A stretch of DNA of 42,971 nucleotides from a virus (Duplodnaviria; Caudoviricetes), in the IMG/VR virus record IMGVR_UViG_3300025862_000008, positions 1 through 42,971 of that record; one strand, written 5' to 3'. This document shows positions 7,954 to 17,676 of the stretch, piece after piece. The first letter of the stretch is position 1. Every line of letters starts with the position of its first letter. The position numbers were made by a program, and so were the translations under genes. The notes beneath the pieces were generated by a model. It made no database searches. It saw only the letters and a list, made by a program, of their open reading frames with translations, and was not told the origin of the DNA.

Positions 7954-8325
7954 TTAGAAGACGCCTTCTTCTCTCCAGTTCGTGCCGTCGTAGTAGAGAA
8001 TAAGGAGGCTGTTACCGTTAGTAGTCGGGCCCTTGCTCCCGCTAGCAGTCGCCAGCAAGATGGAAGCGGTGCCGGCCGGCGGACTAGAGGCGTTGTTGGT
8101 AATCGTGATGCCGATATTGAGGCTCAAGTAAACCTTGGACCCGATCGCCCATGGACTGACGGTAATGAACTTGAGATTAGACCCAGACGCAACTATGACT
8201 CCAACCCAATTGCGAGTCGCCGTGATGACGCCGCTAGATTGGAGAGCCACTGGCGAACCAGGAGTATACCCCATGTTCTCGATGAGCCGATCTGCCTGTC
8301 CCTTTTCGCGTAGGCGTTGCAACAC
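7954..8325 (-). CDS. paralogue of the C-terminal module of the 625-aa fibre-like protein
   Basis: FITVSPWAIGS...NASSPPAGTASILL...NSLLILYYDGTNW aligns with the end of 8799-10676; probably joined to 8193-8480 by a frameshift. Confidence 0.75.
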   Translation of the reverse strand: MLQRLREKGQADRLIENMGYTPGSPVALQSSGVITATRNWVGVIVASGSNLKFITVSPWAIGSKVYLSLNIGITITNNASSPPAGTASILLATASGSKGPTTNGNSLLILYYDGTNWREEGVF

Positions 8326-8480
8326 GGCTTACACCAGTTACAGAGGCCGTCCTTTCTGGTCCGATTCCTTGAAAATGCGCTCAACGGCATTCTGGTATCG
8401 CACTTGGAGCACACCTTCCCGCTCTCGGGCGATGGCAAACCTGCGTCGCTGCGCGAGGCCAGATCAGCTGCTTCGGGCAT
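8193..8480 (-). CDS. CxxC...CxxC zinc-finger N-terminal part (HNH/EndoVII-associated type)
   Basis: ATG 6 nt after motif L; KVCSKCDTRMPLSAFSRNRTRKDGLCNWCKPC. Confidence 0.55.
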   Translation of the reverse strand: MPEAADLASRSDAGLPSPESGKVCSKCDTRMPLSAFSRNRTRKDGLCNWCKPCCNAYAKRDRQIGSSRTWGILLVRQWLSNLAASSRRLAIGLES

Positions 8481-8486
8481 GTCCCA

Positions 8487-8493
8487 ATGATTG
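8487..8493 (-). promoter_or_regulatory. motif L
   Basis: 6 nt to ATG 8480. Confidence 0.7.
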
Positions 8494-8514
8494 CGGCTTC
8501 GAACCTCGACGGAA

Positions 8515-8773
8515 CTAGCTCGTGTGCTGCTTCCCGCGCGATTCGAGCCGGCACCGTGGGCACCAGTCGAACCTGATCCCGTCAGGCCTCCGGGCCACGC
8601 CGCCCCACTTTGGGGGCGCCTTCCCGTTGAGAAACCAAGCCGGCGGCACGCTCCCCATCCCCCCGCCCCTTGACCTCGAACGTGGTGCCGCAACCGCCGT
8701 CGCAGGTGATCGTCGGAGGGCCTGAGGTGATACCGAGGCGTTCCAGGCCGTAGGACCCTGGGCGGTAGCTCAT
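8515..8773 (-). CDS. small zinc-ribbon protein, apparently frameshifted in a G6 run
   Basis: Removing one base at 8659-8664 joins ...TCDGGCGTTFEVKGRG to MGSVPPAWFLNG...DWCPRCRLESRGKQHTS. Confidence 0.55.
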
Positions 8774-8779
8774 GACCAC

Positions 8780-8791
8780 CTATAGCGAACG
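8780..8791 (-). promoter_or_regulatory. motif A
   Basis: Exact copy; 6 nt to ATG 8773. Confidence 0.8.
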
Positions 8792-8798
8792 GGAGCTA

Positions 8799-10676
8799 TT
8801 AAGACAGGCCTCCCTGGACCCAGTTGGTGCCGTCGTAATGGAGGACCAGCAAGCTGTTGGCGCTGACGGTGGTAACGTTGGCGCCGGCCTGGAGCAGGAT
8901 CGAGGCCGTGCCGGCCGGGGGCGAGCTGGCATTGTGGTGGACAACGACACCCGCGGCGACGCGCAAGTACAGCGTGGAGCCGATCTGCCACGGCGCGATC
9001 GTGATGAACGAGAACGATCCAGTGCCACTGACGAAGACCTTGTTCCAGTTCTGGGCGAACGTCAGCGTTGTGGCGGAGTTGAACCCCGCTACGCTGCTGG
9101 CGTTGACGATGAGTGCGGCCGAGTTCAGCGAGAGCCCATTGGTCCCAGGCGCCGTGATCGACACCGGCCCGCTGCTGGATTGGATCTGGAGGTTGCCGCC
9201 TCCGCTACCGCCGGCCTGGATCAGCAGGTCGCCGTTATTGGCGAGCAGTGTGAGAAGCGCGTTGTCCGAACGGAGCGTGGCAGCGCCACTGCTTCCGTTG
9301 CGGATCATGATGCTGGTGTCGTTGAGACCACCGCCGATCAGGAGCTGACCAGCGCCCAGGCCACCGAAAAGAATGCCGTTCCCGCTGCTGCCGCCGCCGC
9401 GCGAGATACCGGTGGCGTACGCGAGGCCTTCCAGGTCAACGGCCACGACCCGGGGATCGCTGCCGTTGTCGAGGCTGGAGCTGAGCGCCGACAGCTTGAT
9501 GGTGCCGGAGCTGCTGTCCGTGGCGAGCTTGAAGCTGGACCCTACCGCATAGGACTGGTCGCGGACAAAGATGCTGGAGCCGTAGCGCCAAGCCAGAACC
9601 CATCGGCTGCCCGGCACCGCTGGCGTCCCGAGCAATGACAGCGTCGTTTTGGCTGCATTCAGTGATGTTCCGCCGGACCGAGACTGTGTTCGATCCAGAT
9701 CGACGTAGATGCACTCGCCGTCCGCTAGGTCCGTCAGTCCGGCGGAGTTGGTGGTCTGGTCGGCGATCTGGTTGTAGCCGCCCGTGCTATTGGCGAACGT
9801 GATGGTCAAGCCCTGCCAGTGCAAGTTACTTGCGACCCACTCGAAGTGTTCCCCGCTTGAGGTGAACGAACTTCCGGTCCGGGCCATCACAACATTGTGG
9901 TCCGCGGTCGGGCTGTACCAATATTCGCCGCCGCCCAGCTCCCAGACGCGAGTCATCATCGCGTCCATCCACGACTTCATGCTCCCGATGGCCTTATCGC
10001 CCCCGAGGAACGGATCTGTGGAAGTGGTCTCGTTTCGGCCGGTCGGCCACGAGTACGTGTTCTTGGTGTTGGGAGTCGAGCCGCCGGTGCCCAGGCGCCA
10101 AAGGATGTTCCGGGCGTCCTGCACAGACGTGATGGCGCTGTTGGCGTCGAGAGTGACCTTCGCGAGCGGGCAGACGCCGCTGTTGGAGTCGAAGTCGGAA
10201 GCCGAGACGATGATCGTGTAGTCGATCGTGCGGGCGAGCGGGACCGTCTTGGTGACCTCGGAGAGGGCGTTCGGGTCAAAAAACTGTACGGCATCAGTCG
10301 TCGCGGGATCGGCCGAGCGAGAGAAATCAATCCCAACGAAGTTAGTTTGGCTGGGAAGGAACGAACCCTGGATCCTGGTGTTCGTGCTTGACAGCACCTC
10401 ATTGGGGCGTGACGCATCGACCTGAAAGATGGTACCGGCGTCCGTAGCATAGTAGTGCAGGAGTACGCCGCCAGCTACCTGGATCTGGAGGGCGCTCGGC
10501 TGCGTAACCCCTGTCGAGATTAGGTTAAAACCCGCCACGATAGCCGGGATGCGGTTGGCCATAATCGTGCCGGCCAGGAGGTCGAAGTCGGCCGCGGCTG
10601 CGCTTTCGATGGCGCGCAGTGCTGAGACGTCAACTCTTTGCTGAGCCAGGAGGTTGTTCTGTCGTTTGACTGCCAC
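8799..10676 (-). CDS. baseplate-attached / tail fibre-like structural protein
   Basis: 625 aa, Gly/Ser/Thr-rich beta-type C-terminal half, ends in a YDGTNW module; tail gene context. Confidence 0.65.
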   Translation of the reverse strand: MAVKRQNNLLAQQRVDVSALRAIESAAAADFDLLAGTIMANRIPAIVAGFNLISTGVTQPSALQIQVAGGVLLHYYATDAGTIFQVDASRPNEVLSSTNTRIQGSFLPSQTNFVGIDFSRSADPATTDAVQFFDPNALSEVTKTVPLARTIDYTIIVSASDFDSNSGVCPLAKVTLDANSAITSVQDARNILWRLGTGGSTPNTKNTYSWPTGRNETTSTDPFLGGDKAIGSMKSWMDAMMTRVWELGGGEYWYSPTADHNVVMARTGSSFTSSGEHFEWVASNLHWQGLTITFANSTGGYNQIADQTTNSAGLTDLADGECIYVDLDRTQSRSGGTSLNAAKTTLSLLGTPAVPGSRWVLAWRYGSSIFVRDQSYAVGSSFKLATDSSSGTIKLSALSSSLDNGSDPRVVAVDLEGLAYATGISRGGGSSGNGILFGGLGAGQLLIGGGLNDTSIMIRNGSSGAATLRSDNALLTLLANNGDLLIQAGGSGGGNLQIQSSSGPVSITAPGTNGLSLNSAALIVNASSVAGFNSATTLTFAQNWNKVFVSGTGSFSFITIAPWQIGSTLYLRVAAGVVVHHNASSPPAGTASILLQAGANVTTVSANSLLVLHYDGTNWVQGGLS

Positions 10677-10686
10677 TGTAGCCTGT

Positions 10687-10693
10687 ATGATTG
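10687..10693 (-). promoter_or_regulatory. motif L
   Basis: Intergenic; 10 nt to GTG 10676. Confidence 0.65.
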
Positions 10694-10700
10694 CGGCGGC

Positions 10701-11123
10701 TTAAGAGGTCGCTTCGTTAACGGCGTCAATCGACACAAACGTGACGCTACCCTTAACGATCCCGCGCTCTGGCACACTCCAGGACTGGCCTGAGATCGCG
10801 CAGCGCTGCGACTGGAACAGCACCCGATTGGACCGACGCTCCAGGAGGACCAGGGAGACATATCTGGTTTTCCCAACATCGATCAAGGGTGCCGTTAGCC
10901 CAGCGCCCTCGGCTCCGCCGTCGTTGAGCGTCCGAAGTACATATAGCGTCCCGCCCACGGACGTGGTGGAGTTGGCTAGCTCGTACGGCTGCGGCGAGTC
11001 CACGCCCCGAAGCTCGTCGATTGGCGTCATTATGTCCCAATCGATCGCAGTGACGCGCCCGTAAGGGACTGCATTCACCAGGAGGATGACCTGGGCATTG
11101 GAGATTGTGAGGGCCTGGCTCAT
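10701..11123 (-). CDS. tail tube-like protein
   Basis: 140 aa; pattern GRVTAIDW...ELRGVD..PYEL...VGGTL...SWSV...VKGSVTF resembles tube folds. Confidence 0.55.
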   Translation of the reverse strand: MSQALTISNAQVILLVNAVPYGRVTAIDWDIMTPIDELRGVDSPQPYELANSTTSVGGTLYVLRTLNDGGAEGAGLTAPLIDVGKTRYVSLVLLERRSNRVLFQSQRCAISGQSWSVPERGIVKGSVTFVSIDAVNEATS

Positions 11124-14100
11124 TTAGTCGCCCTCCCGGAGCGCCGGAAGTTCGCCATCGAGGTCGTCGCCACCCCAGATAACTACGGCGTCAGATAGCT
11201 TCTGGGCCCCAGAGGTTGGCAAGCCAGCTCCTCCCGTACCCACGTCATTCGGATATACAACCGACCTCTCGATGGCGAGCCCAGCAGCCTGGATGTCGTC
11301 CAGGGCCGACCCGGCAGCAATGCGGCCGGCGGCAGATGAAGTGAGGTAGAAGTTACCCGTCAAAGGGTCCGCATTGGGATCCGGAATGAATGGGGTATTG
11401 GATTGAAGGAGCGTCACGGTTACCCCAGACGCGATGGACACCGGGAAGCGGAAGGAAGCGTCGAGCTTCAGTGAGACATTGTCGAGGCGGCCGATGTACT
11501 TAACGGGCCCGACCTGCCCCTTGAAGCCGAAGTCGAAAACCAGGTAGCCGACCTCGTCGGGAAACAAGAGCGCGGGGTTCGAGTCGAGGCTGGTGTCCAG
11601 GGCGAAGGCGGAATAGCTCTGGTTGCCGTTAATGGCTTGCCCTAGCGTTGCCGCGGTCCCGGTGACTGAGAGTCCGGCCTTGGTGTCATACGAGAACGGG
11701 CCGGGCAGCCCCGCAGGCGCAGGCAGCGCTTTTAATGGCGTAACGGTCGCCCCGGTCGTCTCGATGTACGGTGCCCCTCGGGAGAAGGTGTCCGAAACCG
11801 AGTAAGTGAACGAGGTCGAGGTAGGGACCGAGGCGATGCCCGCTTGGCGGTTCATGCCACCTGCCCGAATGACGTCCGAGCCCGGCACGATGACGTAGTT
11901 GAGCTTGGTGGTGTTGTTGGCGTTCTGGAGGCCACCCACCACCACAAAGGCGTCGGTCGCAGCCAGGCCGCCGCCAGGCAGCGTGAGCGCAGTGCCGAGG
12001 ACCGCCCGCGACTTCCGCCAGCGCATGGTGGCGATGTCCAGCATCTCGACGACGGGGCTGCCGCCGCCCACCACGAAGACGGCATTGAGCGTCGGCAAGT
12101 AGCTGATGACGGGGCTTACGCGGCATACAGACATCGGGGGCAGCGGGGCCCAGAGCCCGGCGCCAGGATCGTAGATCTCGCAGCTCGCGAGCGCGTTATT
12201 GTAGGAGTTTTGGGTGGCGTTGCCGCCGGTGCCGCCGACAACGAGTACGCGGCCATCTGGCAGGACCAGAGCGCCAAAATCGCGGCGCGCGTCTGTCATG
12301 GAAGCAGCCTTGGCCCAGGCGTGCCCGGCAGCGGAGTAGAACTCGGCCGAGTTCAGGATGTTTGAGGATACGCCGACACCGCCGATCGCGAGTCCATTCC
12401 CGTTGGCGAGAGCGACGAGCTGGTGGGAGTAACGGGCGTGGATCATGCTCCCGCGCGCGGTCCAGGTGACGGTGCCAGGATCGAAGGTGTAGGAGGTCGC
12501 GACTACGGCGCCTCCATTCCAACCGCCTCCGATGAGGGCATTACCGCCGGTCAAGGTGCACTGGCCGTGACCTGCCTTGACCTCCGGCAATGTCCCGCTC
12601 GTCAGCAGGTTCTGCGCCGGCACGTTTGTGTACGTGTAGAGGTCCCAGTTGTTCAGGGCCGTGCCTGAGACATCGGTGTCGCTATTGGTACCACCAGTGA
12701 CCAGGACTCGGCCGTCCAGGAGTGCGGAGGCCCCCATGCCACGCTTACCGACCGTCTGCGTGTGCGTGACGAGATTGGTCCATTTGTACCCGAGCTGCCG
12801 GCCACCGTTACCGAGCACGGTGTCGCTCGTGATCTCGAAGATCTGGGGGTTGGCGATTGCGGTGTTGGTGCCGGGCGCGGTCTGGGTCATGCCTCCGACC
12901 AACATCAGCAAGCCCTCGGCCGTGCGCATCATCTTGTGGTTGATGGCCTGGACGGTGTCTGACTCGCTCGCCATTGACTGCAGGGACGCGCTCGTGGCTC
13001 CGGTAGCGATGTTCGAACTGAAGTCGCCACTGATCGTGCCGGCGGTGATGGGCGGCGCTACGCCGGTCGGAACCGCCTCGTCGATGAATATTTGATCCCC
13101 AACTGACATCCCATGGGCAGCAGCGGTCACACCTGTTACCACCCCGCTAGGAGCCCGAATCAGAGAGGTGAGGGGGATGGGGGGCTGTACGTTCACGTAC
13201 GCGCCGGTTCCCGGGCCGCGAATGACGATATTCGTGGTGGCCGGCAGCTCAACCTTACCTAGCTGGGTCACGATTACGTGGCGCTGCTGGTCGTATAGCG
13301 TCGCTTTCGTGGGCCTGTAGAACACAGCGCTCGTGAAGACGCCCTGCGCGTACGTACCCACCGGCACATCCACGTAGGCGATCTCAAAGTACTGATAGAC
13401 AGGAGACGACCCCGAAGCCACGACGTAGTACGTGTCGACGGCGGTAATTGGGAACGTACCTTGGATCCCGGCGACAGCGAATGGATCGGTAGAGTCAGTT
13501 GGGTCGCCGAAGATGCAAACCACGTCGTCGACGCGCAACTTCGACAGATCGAAGCCCACCGAGCTAGTCGTGAACCTGGCGACGCGCGGGGTCGGGGAAG
13601 AAATGGTCCAGGTGGTCAGGGAGAAGTCGGCGATGTCGAAAATTGGTGTCGGGAACTTGAGCCACCGCTGCGCGGATCCCCCGAGGATCCTGACGCTCGA
13701 CGAGAGGCCTCGGCTGCCGCTGTAGAGGCGGACGTAGGTGCCGCGGGTAGCGGGGTCGACGTACGCGATGGCGTAGGCGGTGCTTCCCGCCTCGCTGAGG
13801 GCACGGGTGATCTCGCCGCTAACTTCTAGGGCGGAGGCGGCTGCAATCGCACTGTAGTGTGTGCGATCGAACGTGACGTTGACCGTGAGATTCTCGTCGA
13901 GGAGGACGGTTAGATTGTCGCCGTCGACCAAGGTGAACGGCTCGGCGCCGGTGGACGTGGAGACCCCCCGGACCGCCTCAGGGCCGTAGAAAACCTCCAG
14001 AACCTCAAGGAATGCCTCTTGGGTGAGCTTTCGATTCTTCTTTGTGATGGCGAGCTGGCGGAATACGTCATCTACCATTCCGACCGACGCGGGACGGACT

Positions 14101-14363
14101 TCTCCATAGTTGGCCGCCGCCCGATCCAGGTACTTGCCGCCGGCAGTAGAGATGAATAGCTGGTCAAAAGCGGCAAGGGCGTTATCCCAGTTTTTTTGGT
14201 CGCCGGTTGCGATGGCGGCAATGAGCGCGTCCCAGCCGGGGCCGACTAGGGATGGGTTAACGAATTTTCTCAGGATCGCGGAGGCGTCATCGTTGGACGT
14301 ACCGGGAGCAAGGTCGCTCTGGGTCTGGACCCGGTCGACCTGGAAGGTGACGGAAGACGGCAT
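11124..14363 (-). CDS. baseplate wedge-like protein with Kelch beta-propeller
   Basis: N-terminal TAGGKYLDRAAANYG..RP...DDVFRQL; about 7 Kelch repeats (DGRVLVTGG, DGRVLVVGG). Confidence 0.75.
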   Translation of the reverse strand: MPSSVTFQVDRVQTQSDLAPGTSNDDASAILRKFVNPSLVGPGWDALIAAIATGDQKNWDNALAAFDQLFISTAGGKYLDRAAANYGEVRPASVGMVDDVFRQLAITKKNRKLTQEAFLEVLEVFYGPEAVRGVSTSTGAEPFTLVDGDNLTVLLDENLTVNVTFDRTHYSAIAAASALEVSGEITRALSEAGSTAYAIAYVDPATRGTYVRLYSGSRGLSSSVRILGGSAQRWLKFPTPIFDIADFSLTTWTISSPTPRVARFTTSSVGFDLSKLRVDDVVCIFGDPTDSTDPFAVAGIQGTFPITAVDTYYVVASGSSPVYQYFEIAYVDVPVGTYAQGVFTSAVFYRPTKATLYDQQRHVIVTQLGKVELPATTNIVIRGPGTGAYVNVQPPIPLTSLIRAPSGVVTGVTAAAHGMSVGDQIFIDEAVPTGVAPPITAGTISGDFSSNIATGATSASLQSMASESDTVQAINHKMMRTAEGLLMLVGGMTQTAPGTNTAIANPQIFEITSDTVLGNGGRQLGYKWTNLVTHTQTVGKRGMGASALLDGRVLVTGGTNSDTDVSGTALNNWDLYTYTNVPAQNLLTSGTLPEVKAGHGQCTLTGGNALIGGGWNGGAVVATSYTFDPGTVTWTARGSMIHARYSHQLVALANGNGLAIGGVGVSSNILNSAEFYSAAGHAWAKAASMTDARRDFGALVLPDGRVLVVGGTGGNATQNSYNNALASCEIYDPGAGLWAPLPPMSVCRVSPVISYLPTLNAVFVVGGGSPVVEMLDIATMRWRKSRAVLGTALTLPGGGLAATDAFVVVGGLQNANNTTKLNYVIVPGSDVIRAGGMNRQAGIASVPTSTSFTYSVSDTFSRGAPYIETTGATVTPLKALPAPAGLPGPFSYDTKAGLSVTGTAATLGQAINGNQSYSAFALDTSLDSNPALLFPDEVGYLVFDFGFKGQVGPVKYIGRLDNVSLKLDASFRFPVSIASGVTVTLLQSNTPFIPDPNADPLTGNFYLTSSAAGRIAAGSALDDIQAAGLAIERSVVYPNDVGTGGAGLPTSGAQKLSDAVVIWGGDDLDGELPALREGD

Positions 14364-14375
14364 GGGGCAAGTCTT

Positions 14376-14382
14376 ATGATTG
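14376..14382 (-). promoter_or_regulatory. motif L
   Basis: Intergenic; 12 nt to ATG 14363. Confidence 0.65.
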
Positions 14383-14390
14383 GGGTCGGG

Positions 14391-14402
14391 CGTTCACTAT
14401 AG
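14391..14402 (+). promoter_or_regulatory. motif A variant (CGTTCACTATAG), orphan and antisense to the structural genes
   Basis: 11/12 match with typical GGG and GTAGA flanks; no start codon at 6-9 nt. Confidence 0.55.
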
Positions 14403-14458
14403 GTAGAGGTTTACGCTGGTATGCGTTACTTGGAGGCAAACTCCTAGATCCAGCAACT

Positions 14459-16696
14459 CTATAACGTTTGCCCGCCGTCCTCGGAGACGACGTTGCTTAC
14501 AGCCAAGGTCCACTTTCCAAATCCTAACGGAGCCGCCATCAAGCAGTCGAACGACCTATCGTCACCAGAGACAGGGATAACTGCGATCACGTAAGTTATG
14601 TCATTGCCAGAAAGTTTGTAGTTGGCTGGATGGAGCGCGTCGTTGAGCGCATCGGGATCCACCGCCCTTGGTGGGTAGGTGTACCTCACTCGAATGGTCG
14701 ACAAACCGATCAGTGTAACCCCCTGGACGAAGAAGTTGGGCGTCGGAGGCGCGAACACGTTGACCGTCGAGGTTGCCGTGTTCCCAAGACTGTCTGCTAC
14801 CTGGACGATGTCGGTAACGGATCCGGTGCTGCCGGCAGTGTAGACGCCGGTCGAACCGTCGATCGAACCGCCGCTGTGGTTCTGGATCAGGGAGAAGGTA
14901 ATCCCGGTGCCGCTACCTCCGGTATACGTGAACGTGTGCGACAACGAGATATTGATGTCGAGCGTTGTCGGGAAGATGGCTAGGCTCGGGCCGACGCTGA
15001 CAGTCGCCTGGGCCGTATCGCTCAGGCTATCGGTGACGGAGACGGTGTCCGTGACGCCGCCGGTCGAGCCAGCGATGTACGCGCCGGTAGAGCTGTTGAT
15101 TGAGCCACCGCTGTTGTTGTAGACAAAAGCGAAGACGAAGCCGGTTCCGCTGCCGCCGGACGCACTAAAGGTTTGGTGCCCGAGCGGGGGCTTGGAGATC
15201 GAGGTTGGACTGATGGCGAGGCTGGGGCTGACGGTGACGATCGCGATCCCGGTATTGCCTAGGCCATCCGTCGCTGTAACGTGGTCCGCGACGCCGCCGG
15301 TCGAGCCAGCGACGTAGACGCCGGTGGAGCTATTGACTGAGCCACCGCTGTTGTCCAGGGACAGCGAGTAGGTGAAGCCGGTTCCGCTGCCGCCGGAGGC
15401 ACTGAAGGTCTGGGTGCCGCCTGGGGGCAGTGTAACGGTCGACGGGGAAGCGCTGACGCCGGGGATTGTGACGACGGCGTTCCCGGAACCATCCGCGGCA
15501 ACGTTGCCGACACTATCCGTAACTGTGATGAGGTCGGGGGAGCCGGCGTGCGGGCCAGCGATGTACGCCCCCGTTGAGCTGTTGATCGAACCGCCGCTGT
15601 TGTTGGTGACGAATGAGAAGACGAAGCCAGTACCCGTACCGCCGGAGGCGCTGAACGTTTGGGTTCCACCCGGGGCCATCGAGGCCGTGGTCGGAGAGAT
15701 CGAGACGCCCGCAGTGACCGTGACAGCGGCAATCGCCCCATTGAAATCGACGTCTTGCGCGAGGACGTAGTCCGTGACGCTACCGGTCCGGCCTGCGACG
15801 TAGGCACCGGTGCTAGGATTGATCGTGCCCCCGCTGGCATTGGTATCGAAGGAGAATGCTACGGGGGCGGCGCCGTTGGCGGTGGTAAACGTCTGAGTAC
15901 CGAGCGGGGTCAGCGTGACTGATGTCGGCGAAATAGTGAACGGGGGGATCGTGACCGTCGCCGTCGCCGTGCCACCCTCGTAGTCCCGTACCTGGACAGT
16001 GTCAGACGTACCCGCAACCGGACCAGCGGTATAGACGCCAGTCGAAATATTGATCGACCCACCGCTATTATTGACGGTGATCGAGAAGACGTATGGGGTT
16101 GTCCCGTTGACGCCTGCGAAAGTATGGGTGCCACCTACCGACACCGTGTCCGCGGTCGGGGCGATGCTGACGGGCGGGTTGACGGTAGCAATCGCGTCGG
16201 CGTGGTTGCCGTTGCCGTCGGTAACACGGATCGTGTCGCTGACGCCGGTCGTGGCGCCGGAGGTGTAGTGGCCCGTCGAGCTATTGATCGAGCCACCGCT
16301 GTTGTTGACAAGCAGCGAGAACGTGTAGATGCCGCCCATGGGGCCGCCGGAGGCACTGAAAGTCTCACTGCTGTCCAGCGCGAGCACCGTGACGCTCGTT
16401 GGCGCAATAGTGAGGGCGGGGTCGACGACGATGGTAGCGGTTGCGGTGGCTAGGGACGAGTCCGTGACCTTGACGGTGTCCGTGACGCCTGCGCTACTGC
16501 CAGCGACGTAAACGCCGGTGGCGCCATTGATCGTGCCGCCGCTGTGATTGGTGACGAAGGCGTACGTATAGCCACCGGTGCCGCCGGAGCCAACGAACGT
16601 GACCGATTGCCCGGAATCTACCTCGGTCGAGGTCGGCGAGATGGCGAGGGCGCCACCACCGCCGAACAGGCCCGGACCTTCAAAGCCGAAGCTCAT
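14459..16696 (-). CDS. Ig-like repeat virion protein (8 tandem repeats of about 78 aa)
   Basis: Repeats of ISPT...QTFSASGG...NNSGGSINSSTG.Y.AG...TD.V.VTD. Confidence 0.85.
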   Translation of the reverse strand: MSFGFEGPGLFGGGGALAISPTSTEVDSGQSVTFVGSGGTGGYTYAFVTNHSGGTINGATGVYVAGSSAGVTDTVKVTDSSLATATATIVVDPALTIAPTSVTVLALDSSETFSASGGPMGGIYTFSLLVNNSGGSINSSTGHYTSGATTGVSDTIRVTDGNGNHADAIATVNPPVSIAPTADTVSVGGTHTFAGVNGTTPYVFSITVNNSGGSINISTGVYTAGPVAGTSDTVQVRDYEGGTATATVTIPPFTISPTSVTLTPLGTQTFTTANGAAPVAFSFDTNASGGTINPSTGAYVAGRTGSVTDYVLAQDVDFNGAIAAVTVTAGVSISPTTASMAPGGTQTFSASGGTGTGFVFSFVTNNSGGSINSSTGAYIAGPHAGSPDLITVTDSVGNVAADGSGNAVVTIPGVSASPSTVTLPPGGTQTFSASGGSGTGFTYSLSLDNSGGSVNSSTGVYVAGSTGGVADHVTATDGLGNTGIAIVTVSPSLAISPTSISKPPLGHQTFSASGGSGTGFVFAFVYNNSGGSINSSTGAYIAGSTGGVTDTVSVTDSLSDTAQATVSVGPSLAIFPTTLDINISLSHTFTYTGGSGTGITFSLIQNHSGGSIDGSTGVYTAGSTGSVTDIVQVADSLGNTATSTVNVFAPPTPNFFVQGVTLIGLSTIRVRYTYPPRAVDPDALNDALHPANYKLSGNDITYVIAVIPVSGDDRSFDCLMAAPLGFGKWTLAVSNVVSEDGGQTL

Positions 16697-16699
16697 GGT

Positions 16700-17629
16700 T
16701 TACGGCATGACTTGACGAACAAAGAGCGTGCCCGTCGTGATCCCGCTGGCTGCGGAACACACCACCGCCAACGACGTCAGCGCCGCGGTTGGCACGTGGC
16801 TTGCGGCCCCAAGGCCCCACCAGTTGCCGGCGCCATAACCCACGAAATGGCAGGTGTGCGATGACAACTGTGACTGTCGCGAGCTGAAACGACCCTTGCA
16901 TACGAAGTGTGAAGCGCTGTAGTCGCCTTGGATGCCAATAAGGGCCTTGCTGTAGGTGCCCGCGACTACGACGGCACCAGCGGAGTTGTATTGGGCCGCG
17001 TTGCCTTGGGCACCGACTAGCGCGGCCCCGTTCGGTTGGATTTCGAGCGTATTACCGCTGCCAACGATTGTGGTGCCGCAAAATTCGAACTCGTAATCTC
17101 CGTCGCTCGGAACCGCAATCGATAGCGAGGTTACGGGCGTGGCCGTGGTCACCGACCCGCTAAAAAGCCCCAGCATCGTGTTGACCTGAGAGACCGTCAG
17201 ATCGCTTGGGGTGGCGCTGGAACCGGTGTTGTTGCCCTTGATGGTATCCGCCGCCATCGTTGCCAGGTTCGAGTTGGGGAGGGCGAGTGCGACGATCGGG
17301 TACGTGCTCAGAAACTTCCAGTTGGTGCCGTCGAAATAGAACGAGGCGCCCAACGATGTCGCAGGCGTGCCGCTAAACGTGAACAAGGTTCCGCCACCGA
17401 CGCCACCGTTCGCGATGACGAGATTGTGGCCGGCAAAGTCGTTGCAGATGACCCTGACCACATCGTTTGTGGCAGGGGAGCCGGTGGTGCCCAGGGTAAC
17501 GGTCCTGTTAGCCGACATGGTCGCAGTCGGCATGACGTACTCGGACGCAGAGTCCGTTGCTGGGTTTACAGTGACGCTGGCGTTCGTGAGATTGGAAGCC
17601 GGGATAGGACCGTAGACAGAGGCCGACAT
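16700..17629 (-). CDS. tail fibre-like protein
   Basis: FDGTNW module and LATMAADTIKGNNTGSSATPSDLT fibre-type segment. Confidence 0.65.
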   Translation of the reverse strand: MSASVYGPIPASNLTNASVTVNPATDSASEYVMPTATMSANRTVTLGTTGSPATNDVVRVICNDFAGHNLVIANGGVGGGTLFTFSGTPATSLGASFYFDGTNWKFLSTYPIVALALPNSNLATMAADTIKGNNTGSSATPSDLTVSQVNTMLGLFSGSVTTATPVTSLSIAVPSDGDYEFEFCGTTIVGSGNTLEIQPNGAALVGAQGNAAQYNSAGAVVVAGTYSKALIGIQGDYSASHFVCKGRFSSRQSQLSSHTCHFVGYGAGNWWGLGAASHVPTAALTSLAVVCSAASGITTGTLFVRQVMP

Positions 17630-17635
17630 ATCGTT

Positions 17636-17642
17636 ATGATTG
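17636..17642 (-). promoter_or_regulatory. motif L
   Basis: 6 nt to ATG 17629. Confidence 0.7.
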
Positions 17643-17676
17643 CCTCTGAGCTAGGCGGCCTGGGCGAGGGCGGCAA

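Noticed and set aside
7954-9060. Diversity-generating retroelement TR/VR pair
   Set aside because: Differences between the duplicated modules are mostly synonymous and not adenine-specific; no reverse transcriptase is seen
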